NCBI GenBank assembly: GCA_025963675.1
Contig: JAOQAJ010000045.1
Location: forward strand, 1-51,736
Direction of reading: 5' to 3'
Length of the DNA stretch: 51,736 nt
Source of the DNA: Segetibacter sp.
GTDB taxonomy: Bacteria; Bacteroidota; Bacteroidia; Chitinophagales; Chitinophagaceae
The position numbers and the translations under genes are program-made. The notes below the pieces were generated by a model, which was not told where the DNA came from, did not search any database, and saw only the letters and a list, made by a program, of their open reading frames with translations. This document shows, one piece after another, positions 1 to 10,369 of the stretch; position 1 is the first letter of the stretch; the number at the start of each line of letters is the position of its first letter.

Positions 1-70
1 GTAGAATGCCGAATAGTCGAATGAAGAATTGCGGTACAAGGGCTACGGTGAGCACCCAAGTTTTTTTGGA

Positions 71-229
71 ACACGGATAACACAGATTGAGAGGATTAGG
101 CAGATGACCCAAGGTAAGAAAACCTGAACCAATGCGTTTTTATCCGGAAAAACAGAGTTAGCGAAGTGATATTACCAGGAAAACAATTTAAAAATCGGTT
201 TTTATCAGTTTGATCCGTGTCATCCGTGA
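71..229. repeat. 9-nt-periodic inverted repeat (family C)
   Basis: Left arm acacggata/acacagatt/gagaggatt/aggcagatg (71-106). Right arm atcggtttt/tatcagtttg/atccgtgtc/atccgtgat (194-229) is roughly complementary. Confidence 0.7.
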
Positions 230-267
230 TCTATTGTTTTGAGAAAAAAGATGAGTACACACGGTAG

Positions 268-291
268 GTACAAGAGTGCGACGCAACGATG
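268..291 (+). repeat. Family A dispersed element core (TGCGACGCA subtype)
   Basis: gtacaagagtgcgacgcaacgatg, followed by tctaatagcagcaattggtcgggctc, which is close to the copy at 37155. Confidence 0.9.
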
Positions 292-382
292 TCTAATAGC
301 AGCAATTGGTCGGGCTCAATCTAAAAGAACATGTTGAAACAAGGCAAACTAAGGAATTTCATAATAAAAAAAACGAAAGCTT

Positions 383-787
383 ATGCTGAAAATTGGTGAA
401 CTAAAAGAAGGGGATCTTGTATTGGCAGAATACGATGGACAATGGAAAGAAGGCGAAATTACAAATGTGGATCGTCTTGATGGTAAGGTTTGTATTCCAT
501 CAGTAGAAGATGAGGAATTTTGGTACGATGCCAAACATCTCAAACCTATTTTGATGGACGAGTCTTATTTGTTTAAACTAGGTTTTCAAAAGCAGCCTAA
601 TGATGACGGATCAATCAAATATTTAAAAGGCGCTTTCAGAGTACTTCTTCATCAACCTAATGATTTTTCAAATTTTGAGATGTGGTATAGGGAAGATAAG
701 CGTCATATTTCACATCCTATATATGTGCATGAGTTTCAAAATAACTTCCAGGATATGACTAAAGTTCCTTTGACAAAAGCTGAATAA
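383..787 (+). CDS. Hypothetical protein, possible N-terminal SH3/Tudor/KOW-like fold
   Basis: 134-aa ORF with ATG start. The ELKEGDLVLAEYDGQWKEGEITNV pattern resembles an SH3-barrel; function unknown. Confidence 0.7.
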   Translation: MLKIGELKEGDLVLAEYDGQWKEGEITNVDRLDGKVCIPSVEDEEFWYDAKHLKPILMDESYLFKLGFQKQPNDDGSIKYLKGAFRVLLHQPNDFSNFEMWYREDKRHISHPIYVHEFQNNFQDMTKVPLTKAE

Positions 788-796
788 GGCAAGCGT

Positions 797-857
797 TAGC
801 CCCAGCTCCAGGGACAAGAGATCGACCTGTTTTTAAAAGCTCCCGGAGCCGGGGCTA
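797..857. repeat. GC-rich inverted repeat (family D-like), possible terminator or RNA stabiliser
   Basis: tagccccagctccaggga (797-814) pairs with tcccggagccggggcta (841-857), between two co-oriented genes. Confidence 0.7.
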
Positions 858-867
858 TTCATTCTAA

Positions 868-3708
868 ATGCACTACAGTTTGCGCTATTTTTCCTTATTT
901 GTTATCCTGGTTTTTTATGCCGTTTATGCTAAAGCGCAGGTGTTCGGGGGCAATCCATCTTCAGTAAAATGGAGACAGGTTAATACAGACACGGCAAGGA
1001 TAATCTTTCCGGCCGGACTGGAAGATGCCGGAAAAAGGGTGGCTTCGGTCATACATGAACTTCAAAAAAATCATACTTCAACTATTGGTAATAAGCTGAG
1101 AAAAATAGATATTCTCTTACAACATCAACCGACCATTTCTAATGCCTACGTTGCACTTGGCCCTTACCGCAGCGAGTTTTATTTATTTGCACCACAAAAC
1201 TCTTTTGAACTCGGTTCATTAAGCTGGACTGATCTTCTATCGTTGCATGAATACAGGCATGTAGAACAACTGGCTAATTTCAATATTGGACTATCTAAAG
1301 CTGCAAGCATTTTATTTGGACAACAAGGCCAGGACCTCGCAAACTCTGCCTCAGTTCCTGACTGGTTTTTTGAAGGCGACGCTGTTTTTAATGAAACCTC
1401 TTTGAGCAGGCAGGGCAGGGGAAGATTGCCTTACTTTTTTAAAGGTTACGAGTCGTTGTTTAAGGAAGGCAAAAAGTATTCTTATATGAAGCTGCGCAAT
1501 GGCTCATTAACTGATTACGTTCCTGATCATTACCAACTCGGTTATTTGCTGGTTGCTTATGGTCGTGAAAAATATGGCCCTGATTTTTGGCGGAAAGTGT
1601 CTCACGATGCTGCTGCATTTAAACCCCTCATTTATCCATGGCAGGGAGCAGTTAAAAAGTATGCAGGTATTCCATACAAAAAATTTGTTTCTGATGCCTT
1701 TTCTTTTTATCACAACATGTGGACCCTGGCCAAAGGAGAAGGTGTCGAATATCTTACCCCGGCTCATAAAAATTATGTTGCCGACTACAAGTATCCGTAT
1801 TTAGCCGGGGATGGTTCTGTTGTTGTGCTAAAAAGGAGTTATCGCCGAATTCCTGCATTTTACAAAATATTGCCGGGTGGCAAAGAGAAAAGAATCGGTG
1901 TTCGGGGCATAGCCAACGATGATTACTTTTCTTATAACGCCGGCAAAATTGTTTATTCAAATTATAGGGCTGACAAAAGATGGGGTTATCGTGAATACAG
2001 TGATATACATGTAGTAGACATTTCTTCGGGTAAGACTGAAAAAATAACGAATAAGCAAAGGTTTTTCTCTCCCGACATTTCACACTCGGGCGATAAAGTG
2101 GTCGCAGTTGAAATGGGTACCAATCAAAAGTCTGAACTGGTTGCAATGAACCTGAAGGGAGAAACATGGTTTCGTTCTAAGGCTACCAGGGGATTGATCT
2201 ACACCTATCCCAAGTTCTCATAAAACGACTCGATTGTTTATACACCGGCAAGAAATGCAGATGGAAAAATGGCATTGCTAAAGATCGAACTTGCTACTGG
2301 CAAAGAGACACAGTTGATCCCTTTTTCTGATCGTGTGATTGGTCTTCCAACAGTACAGGGAGACACGATTTTTTTTACCAGCTCTTACCGCAGTAGCGAT
2401 GAAACATGGGCCTTTGTTGAAAGTAGCAAACAAACATTTAGAGTGGCAACTCATCCTACCGGTTTTTACCAGGCGGTTTATGATGCAAACAGCAAACGAT
2501 TGATTGCATCAAATTTTACTGCTGATGGCTACAGGTTGGCTGCAATTAGAAATGCGTCATTGGGCTGGTATCCACTTCAAAGTAAGGAAGATGCTTTGCC
2601 AGACATCTATGCAGTTAAAGCGCTTCAACAAGAGAAATATACTACCCTTGAAAATATTGCTACCAGGGATTTTCCTGTTAAAAAGTACCGAAAGACTTTT
2701 AACCTGTTAAACTTCCATAGTTGGAGGCCGGAGTATAGCGACCCCGAAATAACTGTAACCCTGCTGGGCCAGAACGTACTTAATACGCTGCAGACTGACT
2801 TGTATTATACTTACAACCGCAACGAAAGCAGTCACAAAGCAGGGGGCAACGTTATCTATGGAGGATGGTTTGTTCAGCCGCTGGCAGGGGCAAGCCAAAC
2901 GTGGGATAGAACAGTAGCTTTAAACAGAACACCAAACTCAAACGTCGACACATCCGTTACATATAAAGAGTTTAATGTAAACGCCGGCTTAAGACTTCCA
3001 TTGAATTTTTCGTCTGGCAAACAGTATCGTTATTTAACTGCAACTGCTACTATCAATAGCCAATCAGTAGCGGGAACAGGAGCTTACAAAAGATTTATAA
3101 ACAACCAGACTTTCAATTACTGGCAGGGCCGGTTGCAATATTCAGGGCAAATTCAAAAAGCGGTACAGCAAATTTATCCGCATTGGGCACAAACGCTGTT
3201 GCTGCAGTATCGCCGCACGGTTACCCGCTTAACCGCAAATCAATTTCTTGCTAATGGTTCGCTTTATTTGCCCGGTTTTCATTTAACGCACAATATTATT
3301 GTAACTGCCGCTTACCAGCATCGCGATACTTTGCGTCAATATGCTTTTGCTAATAATTTTCCTTTCTCGCGGGGCTATTCCGCCGTTGATTTTCCCCGCA
3401 TGTTCAGGCTTGGTTCCAATTATCATTTTCCTTTGGTTTATCCTGATTGGGGGGTTGCCAACATCGTTTATTTTAAACGCCTTCGTGCAAATGCATTCCA
3501 TGATGTTAGCTGGGCAAAAAGTCTTCGTACCGGCAGCACGTTCACCTTTAATTCTGTTGGCGGAGAATTGTTTTTCGATACAAAATGGTGGAACCAGCAG
3601 GATGTCTCTTTTGGCGTTCGATACAGCCGCTTGCTCGATTACAAGACTTTAGGAATTAGTCAGGCAAATCATTGGGAAATTATTTTGCCCATTGGCTTAT
3701 TTCAATAG
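868..3708 (+). pseudogene. Large exported/outer-membrane protein (zincin-like HExxH region, TolB/PD40-like propeller, C-terminal beta-barrel-like region) interrupted by an in-frame TAA at 2221-2223
   Basis: ORFs 868-2223 and 2269-3708 share a frame and read YPKFS*NDSIVYTPARNADGKMALL across the junction. Signal peptide ends AKA-Q; LHEYRH followed by PDWFFEGDAV; FFSPDIS propeller-type motif; aromatic-rich C-terminus ending GLFQ. Confidence 0.75.
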
Positions 3709-3746
3709 TTTTTTGATACGGGCATTATTTCTTCGATTGGTCATCG

Positions 3747-4130
3747 TTGCGTCGCATTTCGTTTAGGCTTTTGAAGTACTATTTGACTTTTATCATCTTT
3801 TGCCACCACTGAGGTAATTTTTATTGATCTCCGATTCTGTCAGATACTTCTACTACGACAGAAAAATCAACCTATTTATCTGTCTGGCTTTAAAGCCCCG
3901 TTAGGGGTTGGGGGTTTCTCTTGCGTCGCATTTCGTTTAAGCTTTTGAAGTACTATTTGACTTTTATCATCTTTTGCCACCACTGAGGTAATTTTTATTG
4001 ATCTCCGATTCTGTCAGATACTTCTACTACGACAGAAAAATCAACCCATTTATCTGTCTGGCTTTAAAGCCCCTTTAGGGGTCGGGGGTTTCTCTTGCGT
4101 CGCATTTCGTTTAGCTTTCTAAGTACTACT
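3747..4130. repeat. 174-bp tandem repeat (two full units plus a diverged partial third), each unit starting with a family A core on the minus strand
   Basis: ttgcgtcgcatttcgttta starts at 3747, 3921 and 4095 (period 174). Units 1 and 2 differ at only a few positions. Confidence 0.95.
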
Positions 4131-4296
4131 TACCTTTCCCTCATTATTTGTTACCATTCAATTAATTCTATCGACTTCTTTAAATGCGGTTTAATGAAAA
4201 CTTTAGATTTTTTTTGCTAAACGTATAGTGGTAAACAAGGACGCTTAAGCAATCAGGCAAAAACAGAAATCTTATCATTAAATGTTGATTTAAATT

Positions 4297-4863
4297 ATGG
4301 AAACAGGTTATCTCGAAAGCGTAAGGAAACAATTTGAGTTGTATAAATTACTTGCCGAAAAAACCTTTTCGCAAGTTCCGGATGACAAATTATTCTGGCA
4401 GTATAATGAGGAAAGCAATAGTATTGCAACAATTGTAAAACACCTTGCAGGAAACATGCTTTCGCGCTGGACTGATTTCCTAAACTCCGACGGAGAGAAA
4501 GAATGGCGACAAAGGGATGCTGAATTCGAAAATGATGTTACAGGCAGAAACGAACTTTTAGCTAAATGGAATGAAGGATGGTCTTGTCTTTTTAATGCTT
4601 TAGATTCCATAACAGAGGTGGACCTGCAAAGAGAAATTTTTATCAGAAACCAGGGACATACTGTAATGGAAGCAATAAGCAGGCAATTGGCTCATTACCC
4701 GTATCATGTAGGGCAAATTGTTTTTATTGGAAAAATGGTTTGCAACGATAAATGGAGTTCACTTTCAATTCCACGAGGAAATTCGAAGGAATATAACGCG
4801 GATAAATTTTCGAAGCCTAAGGGGAAGCAGCATTTTACAGACGAATTTATCAACAAGAAATAG
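4297..4863 (+). CDS. DUF1572 / DinB-superfamily protein
   Basis: NSIATIVKHLAGNMLSRWTDF, DGEKEWRQRDAEF and RQLAHYPYHVGQIV motifs. Confidence 0.85.
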   Translation: METGYLESVRKQFELYKLLAEKTFSQVPDDKLFWQYNEESNSIATIVKHLAGNMLSRWTDFLNSDGEKEWRQRDAEFENDVTGRNELLAKWNEGWSCLFNALDSITEVDLQREIFIRNQGHTVMEAISRQLAHYPYHVGQIVFIGKMVCNDKWSSLSIPRGNSKEYNADKFSKPKGKQHFTDEFINKK

Positions 4864-4964
4864 TTGATGACTTGTACAACAGAGATTGACAATACAAGTA
4901 TGGTTTAGATGGTAATACAATTTCACATAAATAATAAAAAAGGCCTGAAAACCTGCAAACAGCA

Positions 4965-5543
4965 ATGACAGACGAAATAAACCAGGCTTTTCCGGCAACT
5001 TATCTTCAGATCGACGAAGCAACTAAGGTATCAGGTTTTACTATGGCTTCTGATCCGCTGACTTGTTCTTTGCTGCGTACTTTGGCTGCCAGCAAACCAG
5101 CCGGTAAATTTCTTGAACTCGGAACGGGAACAGGACTGTCAACAGCATGGATACTTGATGGAATGGACTTTAGTTCGACACTGGTTTCGATAGACAATGA
5201 AGCCAGGTTCCTGGAAATTGCAGAGAGTTTTTTAGGCAACGACCAGAGACTGGAGTTAATAACTACAGACGGCGGAGAATGGGTTGAGAATAACCGTAAC
5301 AAAAAATACGATTACATTTTTGCTGACACATGGCATGGCAAGTACCTGCTTTTAGATGAAGTCTTATCAATGCTAACGACCGGTGGACTTTACATAATTG
5401 ATGATATGTTGCCGCAACCAAACTGGCCCGAAGGACATGCTGAAAAGGCCACCAATCTTATAAAGGTTTTGGAAATGAGAGAAGATCTGTTCGTTACAAA
5501 ACAACTTTGGGCGACAGGAGTAATACTGGCCGTAAAAAAATAG
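4965..5543 (+). CDS. SAM-dependent O-methyltransferase (YrrM-like)
   Basis: FLELGTGTGLST motif I, YDYIFAD and GGLYIIDD. Confidence 0.85.
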   Translation: MTDEINQAFPATYLQIDEATKVSGFTMASDPLTCSLLRTLAASKPAGKFLELGTGTGLSTAWILDGMDFSSTLVSIDNEARFLEIAESFLGNDQRLELITTDGGEWVENNRNKKYDYIFADTWHGKYLLLDEVLSMLTTGGLYIIDDMLPQPNWPEGHAEKATNLIKVLEMREDLFVTKQLWATGVILAVKK

Positions 5544-5565
5544 GTCGCTTAAATATATCTCAACG

Positions 5566-5988
5566 ATGGATACAAAATTTCATATTACAACAGACAAATC
5601 CACTTTAGACATAGATATGATAGTTGGCTACCTTAGTGACCGTTCTTATTGGGCAAAGGGTAGGAGCAGGGAGACTATTGAAAAGTCAATTGATAACTCG
5701 GTATGTTTTGGTGTGTATGACCACGAGAATAAGCAAGTCGGTTTCGGACGCGTTGTTACCGATTTCTGCGTATTAGCATGGTTGATGGATGTTTTTATTT
5801 TAGAAGAATATAGAAGCCGGGGACTCGGTAAAATGCTTATGCAGGAAATTTTGTCTTATAAAGAATTTGAAGGCATAAGAAGATGGGCACTTGGTACAAA
5901 AGATGCGCATTCATTGTATAAGCGGTTTGGGTTTAAACCTATAGAGAAGCCGGAAAATATGATGGATCGGATTATAGAAACCATGTGA
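5566..5988 (+). CDS. GNAT family N-acetyltransferase
   Basis: SYWAKGR, QVGFGRVVTD, DVFILEEYRSRGLGK acetyl-CoA motif, AHSLYKRFGF. Confidence 0.9.
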   Translation: MDTKFHITTDKSTLDIDMIVGYLSDRSYWAKGRSRETIEKSIDNSVCFGVYDHENKQVGFGRVVTDFCVLAWLMDVFILEEYRSRGLGKMLMQEILSYKEFEGIRRWALGTKDAHSLYKRFGFKPIEKPENMMDRIIETM

Positions 5989-6041
5989 GGGTTTATGGAA
6001 AGAAACTCGAATAATGGTAGTTGACGGATGACTGAGAGAAC

Positions 6042-8645
6042 TCAACTTTCACCCCTCAAAACTTCTAATGGGCTTCTTTTTAAAACACCTCTTATATTCA
6101 TCAATCCAATTGCTACTGTTAATAAACAGATCGAGGCAAAGGCAATTACCAGTGGCAGGACACTTACGCTAAATACGGTTTTAAAGGTATATGTCGCCAG
6201 CGCCCAGGAAGCCAACAGCGATAATACGATGCCAGTCAGGGAAGCAAGAGCGCCAAGGAAGAAATATTCCAGGGCTGTGATCGTGAGTATTTGTTTTCTA
6301 CTGGCGCCTAGTGTTCTTAACAACACACTTTCCTGCATCCGTTGGTACTTACTTATCAGTACTGAGGCGATCAGTACTACCAGTCCTGTTATAATACTGA
6401 AGCCTGCCATGAAGCGAATTACAAAACCTATTTTCCCAAGGATCTCGTCAAGCGTTTTTAGAACAAGGCCAAGATCGATAATTGAGACATTAGGAAAGCT
6501 TTTAACCATAGCCCGCTGAAAATGGGCTGAAGCTTCGTCTGAACTGACACGTGTCAGCAAAACATTAAACTGGGGAGCATTTTCAAGCACACCTGTTGGA
6601 AACACAACAAGGAAGTTGGTTTGTACCCTGCTCCAGTCTACATCACGAAAACTGCCAACAATGGTTGATACAGGTGCGCCCTGAACGTTAAAAACGAGTG
6701 TGTCACCAATCTCCAGTCGCTGCCGTTTTGCCCATCCTTCTTCTATTGACACGTAAACTGTTTGCGCTGCACCTTCAACCGTTCCATGCCATTGGCCCTG
6801 TGTAATTTTCTCTGATGTTGTCAACCCTTTTCGGTAAGTAACACGATACTCGCGCGTAAAAGCACCACGTCTAAAACCACTGTCTTTGTTCTGAATTTTT
6901 TCGTTATTGTTTCCGTTTATAGACTCAAGACGCATGTTTACTATTGGTACCTGCTGCAGTACGGGGAGCTTGAATTGTTTTGCGAGTGCAGCCACCTGGT
7001 CTTTCTGCGCCGATTGAATGTCGAATAAGATCATGTTAGGCTGATTGCCACTTGCGGATAAAGAAATGCGACTTAATAAAATAGATTGAATAGAAAATAA
7101 AGTGCAGATAAAGAAAGTTCCAAGGCCGATGGAAACGATGAGAATAATGGTCTGGTTATTTGGCCGGTAAAGATTCGCGAGCCCTTGTCGCCATAAATAA
7201 CTCCATGAAGAAGGGAAAAATTTTCTTACAGCCCACATTGTTAGCCTCGCCATACCGGTAAGTAATCCAAAAGCCACTAATAATCCGGCAGTAAAAAAAA
7301 GGGCTTCCATCCAGGTAGGTAATTGTTGCTTCGTAAAAAAGAAAATGAAAACAAGGATTAATAAGTAGACGGCCCACTTTAACTTATCGCGCTTCATAGT
7401 TGTATCCGTAAAGGAAATGCGAAGTGTATTTAGCGGTGAAATTTTTCGCAGGGAAACAAGAGGCAATAATGCAAACAAGAGTGAAATGCAAATGCCAAGA
7501 AGAATGCCCTGCCCAATGGCAGACCAGGATAGCGAAGTGGTGATTTCGACAGGAAGAAGATCCTTTAATACAATTGGAAGAAATTGTTGAATAACGGTTC
7601 CCAGTACGGCGCCGATAATTGAACCGGCTAAACCGATTCCCAGTATTTGAATAAGGTATATTAAAAAGGCTTGTTTTGCCTTTACTCCAAGACATCTTAG
7701 TATAGCTATGGAACCAACCTTTTCTTTTATGTAAATATGAATCGCACTTGCCACTCCAATGCACCCAAGTAACAGCGCGATAAAACCAACCAGTGATAAA
7801 AACTTAGTCAGATCACTGAAAGATCTTCCAGTATTTTCTTTTTGATTTTCAATTGTGTTGTAATTAATTCCTTCCTTATCAAGCCTTGGTTCAAGTGTTT
7901 TTACAAGTTGTTGAATATTGACTGGTCTGTCGTACTTATAATAGAATTTGTAATTGATACGGCTACCTTTTTGACTGAGACCTGTTTGTTCGAGGTAGCT
8001 AAGCGGAATATAAACTGTTGGGGCAACAGATGCTGCAAGTCCGGTTTGGCCGGGAGCTTTAAGTAAGGAGCCTGCAATTAAAAAAGACAAGTTGCCGATC
8101 TTTATACTATCACCAACTTTTACATTGTATTGAAGCATTAGTGTTTTGTCAACTATAGCTGACTGACCTGTCCGGAAAATTTTTGCTGCTTCCAGAGGGC
8201 TTGTTTCTAATGAACCGTAATAAGGGAAATCTCCGTTCAATGCTTTTATTTGTGCGAGTCGTGTTCCCTGGCTTTTTGGAAAGAACACCATAGAAGCGAA
8301 AGAGCGTTCTTCAGACTTTCGGTCGCCCAACGAATCAAACATGTTTCTCAAAGCAGGATCAATTGCTTTGTTGGATGAAATTTCAAGGTCGGCACCAACT
8401 AAGCTTGCTGCCTGCTCATCAATATCTTTTCTTAAGTTATCTCCTAAAGAATAAATCGCTACCAGCGCTGCAATACCCAAAATGACAGATGATACAAACA
8501 ACAACAAGCGGGACCGATTGCGCCTGCTGTCTCGCCATGCCATTAGAAAAAGCCAGGAGCCAGGGGGGCCAGAGGCAGTTTTGCCCCCTGTCTTGCCCCC
8601 AGCCCTAAACGGAGCTGTGATTTCGTCAACTATGTAATTACTCAT
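6042..8645 (-). CDS. ABC transporter permease, YbbP-like (duplicated FtsX/MacB type)
   Basis: 867 aa with two TM clusters, AWRDSRRNRSRLLLF start motif, ILRCLG and LLRTLGAS FtsX motifs; follows the ABC ATPase. Confidence 0.9.
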   Translation of the reverse strand: MSNYIVDEITAPFRAGGKTGGKTASGPPGSWLFLMAWRDSRRNRSRLLLFVSSVILGIAALVAIYSLGDNLRKDIDEQAASLVGADLEISSNKAIDPALRNMFDSLGDRKSEERSFASMVFFPKSQGTRLAQIKALNGDFPYYGSLETSPLEAAKIFRTGQSAIVDKTLMLQYNVKVGDSIKIGNLSFLIAGSLLKAPGQTGLAASVAPTVYIPLSYLEQTGLSQKGSRINYKFYYKYDRPVNIQQLVKTLEPRLDKEGINYNTIENQKENTGRSFSDLTKFLSLVGFIALLLGCIGVASAIHIYIKEKVGSIAILRCLGVKAKQAFLIYLIQILGIGLAGSIIGAVLGTVIQQFLPIVLKDLLPVEITTSLSWSAIGQGILLGICISLLFALLPLVSLRKISPLNTLRISFTDTTMKRDKLKWAVYLLILVFIFFFTKQQLPTWMEALFFTAGLLVAFGLLTGMARLTMWAVRKFFPSSWSYLWRQGLANLYRPNNQTIILIVSIGLGTFFICTLFSIQSILLSRISLSASGNQPNMILFDIQSAQKDQVAALAKQFKLPVLQQVPIVNMRLESINGNNNEKIQNKDSGFRRGAFTREYRVTYRKGLTTSEKITQGQWHGTVEGAAQTVYVSIEEGWAKRQRLEIGDTLVFNVQGAPVSTIVGSFRDVDWSRVQTNFLVVFPTGVLENAPQFNVLLTRVSSDEASAHFQRAMVKSFPNVSIIDLGLVLKTLDEILGKIGFVIRFMAGFSIITGLVVLIASVLISKYQRMQESVLLRTLGASRKQILTITALEYFFLGALASLTGIVLSLLASWALATYTFKTVFSVSVLPLVIAFASICLLTVAIGLMNIRGVLKRSPLEVLRGES

Positions 8646-8709
8646 CTTGTAAGCAGTTTTGTCTTTTCAATTAATGAATCCTACTCTCTTCTCCCTTTAG
8701 GGCCGGGGC
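8595..8709. repeat. Family D inverted repeat overlapping the permease N-terminus and the ATPase C-terminus
   Basis: gcccccagccctaaacggag (8595-8614) versus ctccctttagggccggggc (8691-8709; reverse complement gccccggccctaaagggag). Confidence 0.75.
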
Positions 8710-9384
8710 TTGTGGTTCGTCCGCTACTATTTTTCCGCCTTTGATCCTTATGATTCTTTGCGTTTTAGAAGCAAGGTCATTATCATGGGTAACTAGAATT
8801 AATGTAGTGCCTGCCTCTTTATTTAATCCAAAGATTAGTTCAATAACCTTTTCGCTTGTTTCAGCATCAAGGCTGCCTGTAGGTTCATCGGCAAATAAGA
8901 TTCGTGGTTTGTTTGAAAATGCTCTTGCCAGTGAAACTCTTTGTTGTTCACCGCCGCTTAACTGGGTGGGATAGTGATGTGCCCGATCGGCAAGTCCAAC
9001 TTTTTCAAGCAGATCCATAGCTACCGGTTTTATTTTTCTCTCACCGCGTAGTTCCATTGGCACCATTACATTTTCAAGTGCAGTTAGCGTTGGCATTAAC
9101 TGGAAGTTTTGAAATATGAAACCCACATACTGGTTTCGTACATGTGCCCGTTGGTCTTCGTTCAGGTCATCAAGTTTTATGTCATGCAATTCTACGCTTC
9201 CTGCACTCGATCTGTCAAGACCTGCACATAAACCCAGCAGTGTTGTTTTCCCGCTTCCTGATGGGCCAACAATAGACATGGTTGTTCCTGCCTCCACCGA
9301 AAAGTTAATGTTGTCTAACACAGTCAACGTACGGCCTGTGCTTTGATATGTTTTGCTAACGTTTTTTATGTTTAGTATAATCAC
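8671..9384 (-). CDS. ABC transporter ATP-binding protein, YbbA/LolD-like
   Basis: Walker A GPSGSGKT, signature LSGGEQQRV, Walker B ILFADEPTG, VTHD. Confidence 0.95.
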   Translation of the reverse strand: MIILNIKNVSKTYQSTGRTLTVLDNINFSVEAGTTMSIVGPSGSGKTTLLGLCAGLDRSSAGSVELHDIKLDDLNEDQRAHVRNQYVGFIFQNFQLMPTLTALENVMVPMELRGERKIKPVAMDLLEKVGLADRAHHYPTQLSGGEQQRVSLARAFSNKPRILFADEPTGSLDAETSEKVIELIFGLNKEAGTTLILVTHDNDLASKTQRIIRIKGGKIVADEPQAPALKGEESRIH

Positions 9385-9531
9385 CTTAAAATTTTATCTG
9401 TTTGTATTGAACTAAAATTAGTTGTTTAATGAATGAGTAACAGTTTGTTCTTGTGAAAGTTGACAGCAAATTCGATTTTAGGAATGGAGACGGTAAAATT
9501 GTTGTTCGTAAAATAAATCGGAGTAATATAT

Positions 9532-10203
9532 ATGGCAGCTTTTTTTGAAATGGATGGAAGTAGGAGAGACCCGCAGCAAACACAATTACATGAAGCATCA
9601 AACAACGGAAAGTCTTCTTCAGATCAACGAGTTAAGACCATTTTATTTTTTGGCGATAGTCTTACAGCGGGGTATGGATTAAAGCCTGCTCAGTCTTTTC
9701 CTGCTTTGATACAGGAAAAAATCGATCGGCTACGATTACCTTTCAAATCTATAAATGCAGGCGTAAGCGGTGAGACAACCTTTGGAGGAAATAATAGGAT
9801 TGATTGGCTTTTACAAGAACATATAGATGTCTTTGTATTAGAGCTTGGAGTGAATGATGGCCTACGTGGAATTCCCGTAGCTGACACGAAGAGCAATCTT
9901 CAATCAATCATTGATAAGGTGAAAGCGAGATATCCGAAAGTGACATTGGTAATGGCTGGAATGCAAGTGCCACCTTATCTTGGTCAGAAGTTCGCTAATG
10001 ATTTTCGTGACATTTTTCCCGATTTGGCTAAAAGAAATAATATGGCACTTATTCCTTTTTTGCTGGAGGGAGTAGCCGGAAGAAGATTGCTCAACCTTCC
10101 TGATGGGGCACATCCATCAGCCGAGGGGCAGAAGATAGTTGCTGAAAATGTTTGGGCAGTACTTGAAAGCGTTGTCAGGAGTAGCATCGATAGTTCAGCG
10201 TAG
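9532..10203 (+). CDS. SGNH arylesterase / acyl-CoA thioesterase I (TesA-like), no clear signal peptide
   Basis: FGDSLTAGYG, NAGVSGET, LELGVNDG and DGAHP blocks. Confidence 0.9.
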   Translation: MAAFFEMDGSRRDPQQTQLHEASNNGKSSSDQRVKTILFFGDSLTAGYGLKPAQSFPALIQEKIDRLRLPFKSINAGVSGETTFGGNNRIDWLLQEHIDVFVLELGVNDGLRGIPVADTKSNLQSIIDKVKARYPKVTLVMAGMQVPPYLGQKFANDFRDIFPDLAKRNNMALIPFLLEGVAGRRLLNLPDGAHPSAEGQKIVAENVWAVLESVVRSSIDSSA

Positions 10204-10369
10204 TCGACTCATTAGTTTCAGATTTGATATTACATCAACAAGTCAGTGGTGTAATTTTGGTTTAAATGAAATGTTGCAAGAAAAAGACGCAAGCCAGGTG
10301 TCGAGAAAAGAATAACCACATTTAAAAAGCTATAAGGTTGATTTAATAAAGCCCTCAAAGTTGAAAATT

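Noticed and set aside
268-291. Family A as a conserved small peptide (VQECDATM / VQVSDTTM)
   Set aside because: There is no consistent start, stop or frame around the copies, and the AAYGAAA subtype breaks the peptide while keeping the DNA palindrome.
2221-2223. Stop-codon reassignment or selenocysteine/pyrrolysine readthrough
   Set aside because: The codon is TAA, which terminates many intact genes here. Sec and Pyl use TGA and TAG.
3747-4130. CRISPR array
   Set aside because: The sequence between the repeated cores is itself duplicated rather than unique, the period is 174 bp, and no cas genes are present.
6028-6519. Short antisense or overlapping ORFs in the track (e.g. 6028-6519, 13409-13924, 40751-41026, 51129-51413)
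   Set aside because: They are shadows of well-supported genes or translations of repeat regions, with no recognisable motifs.
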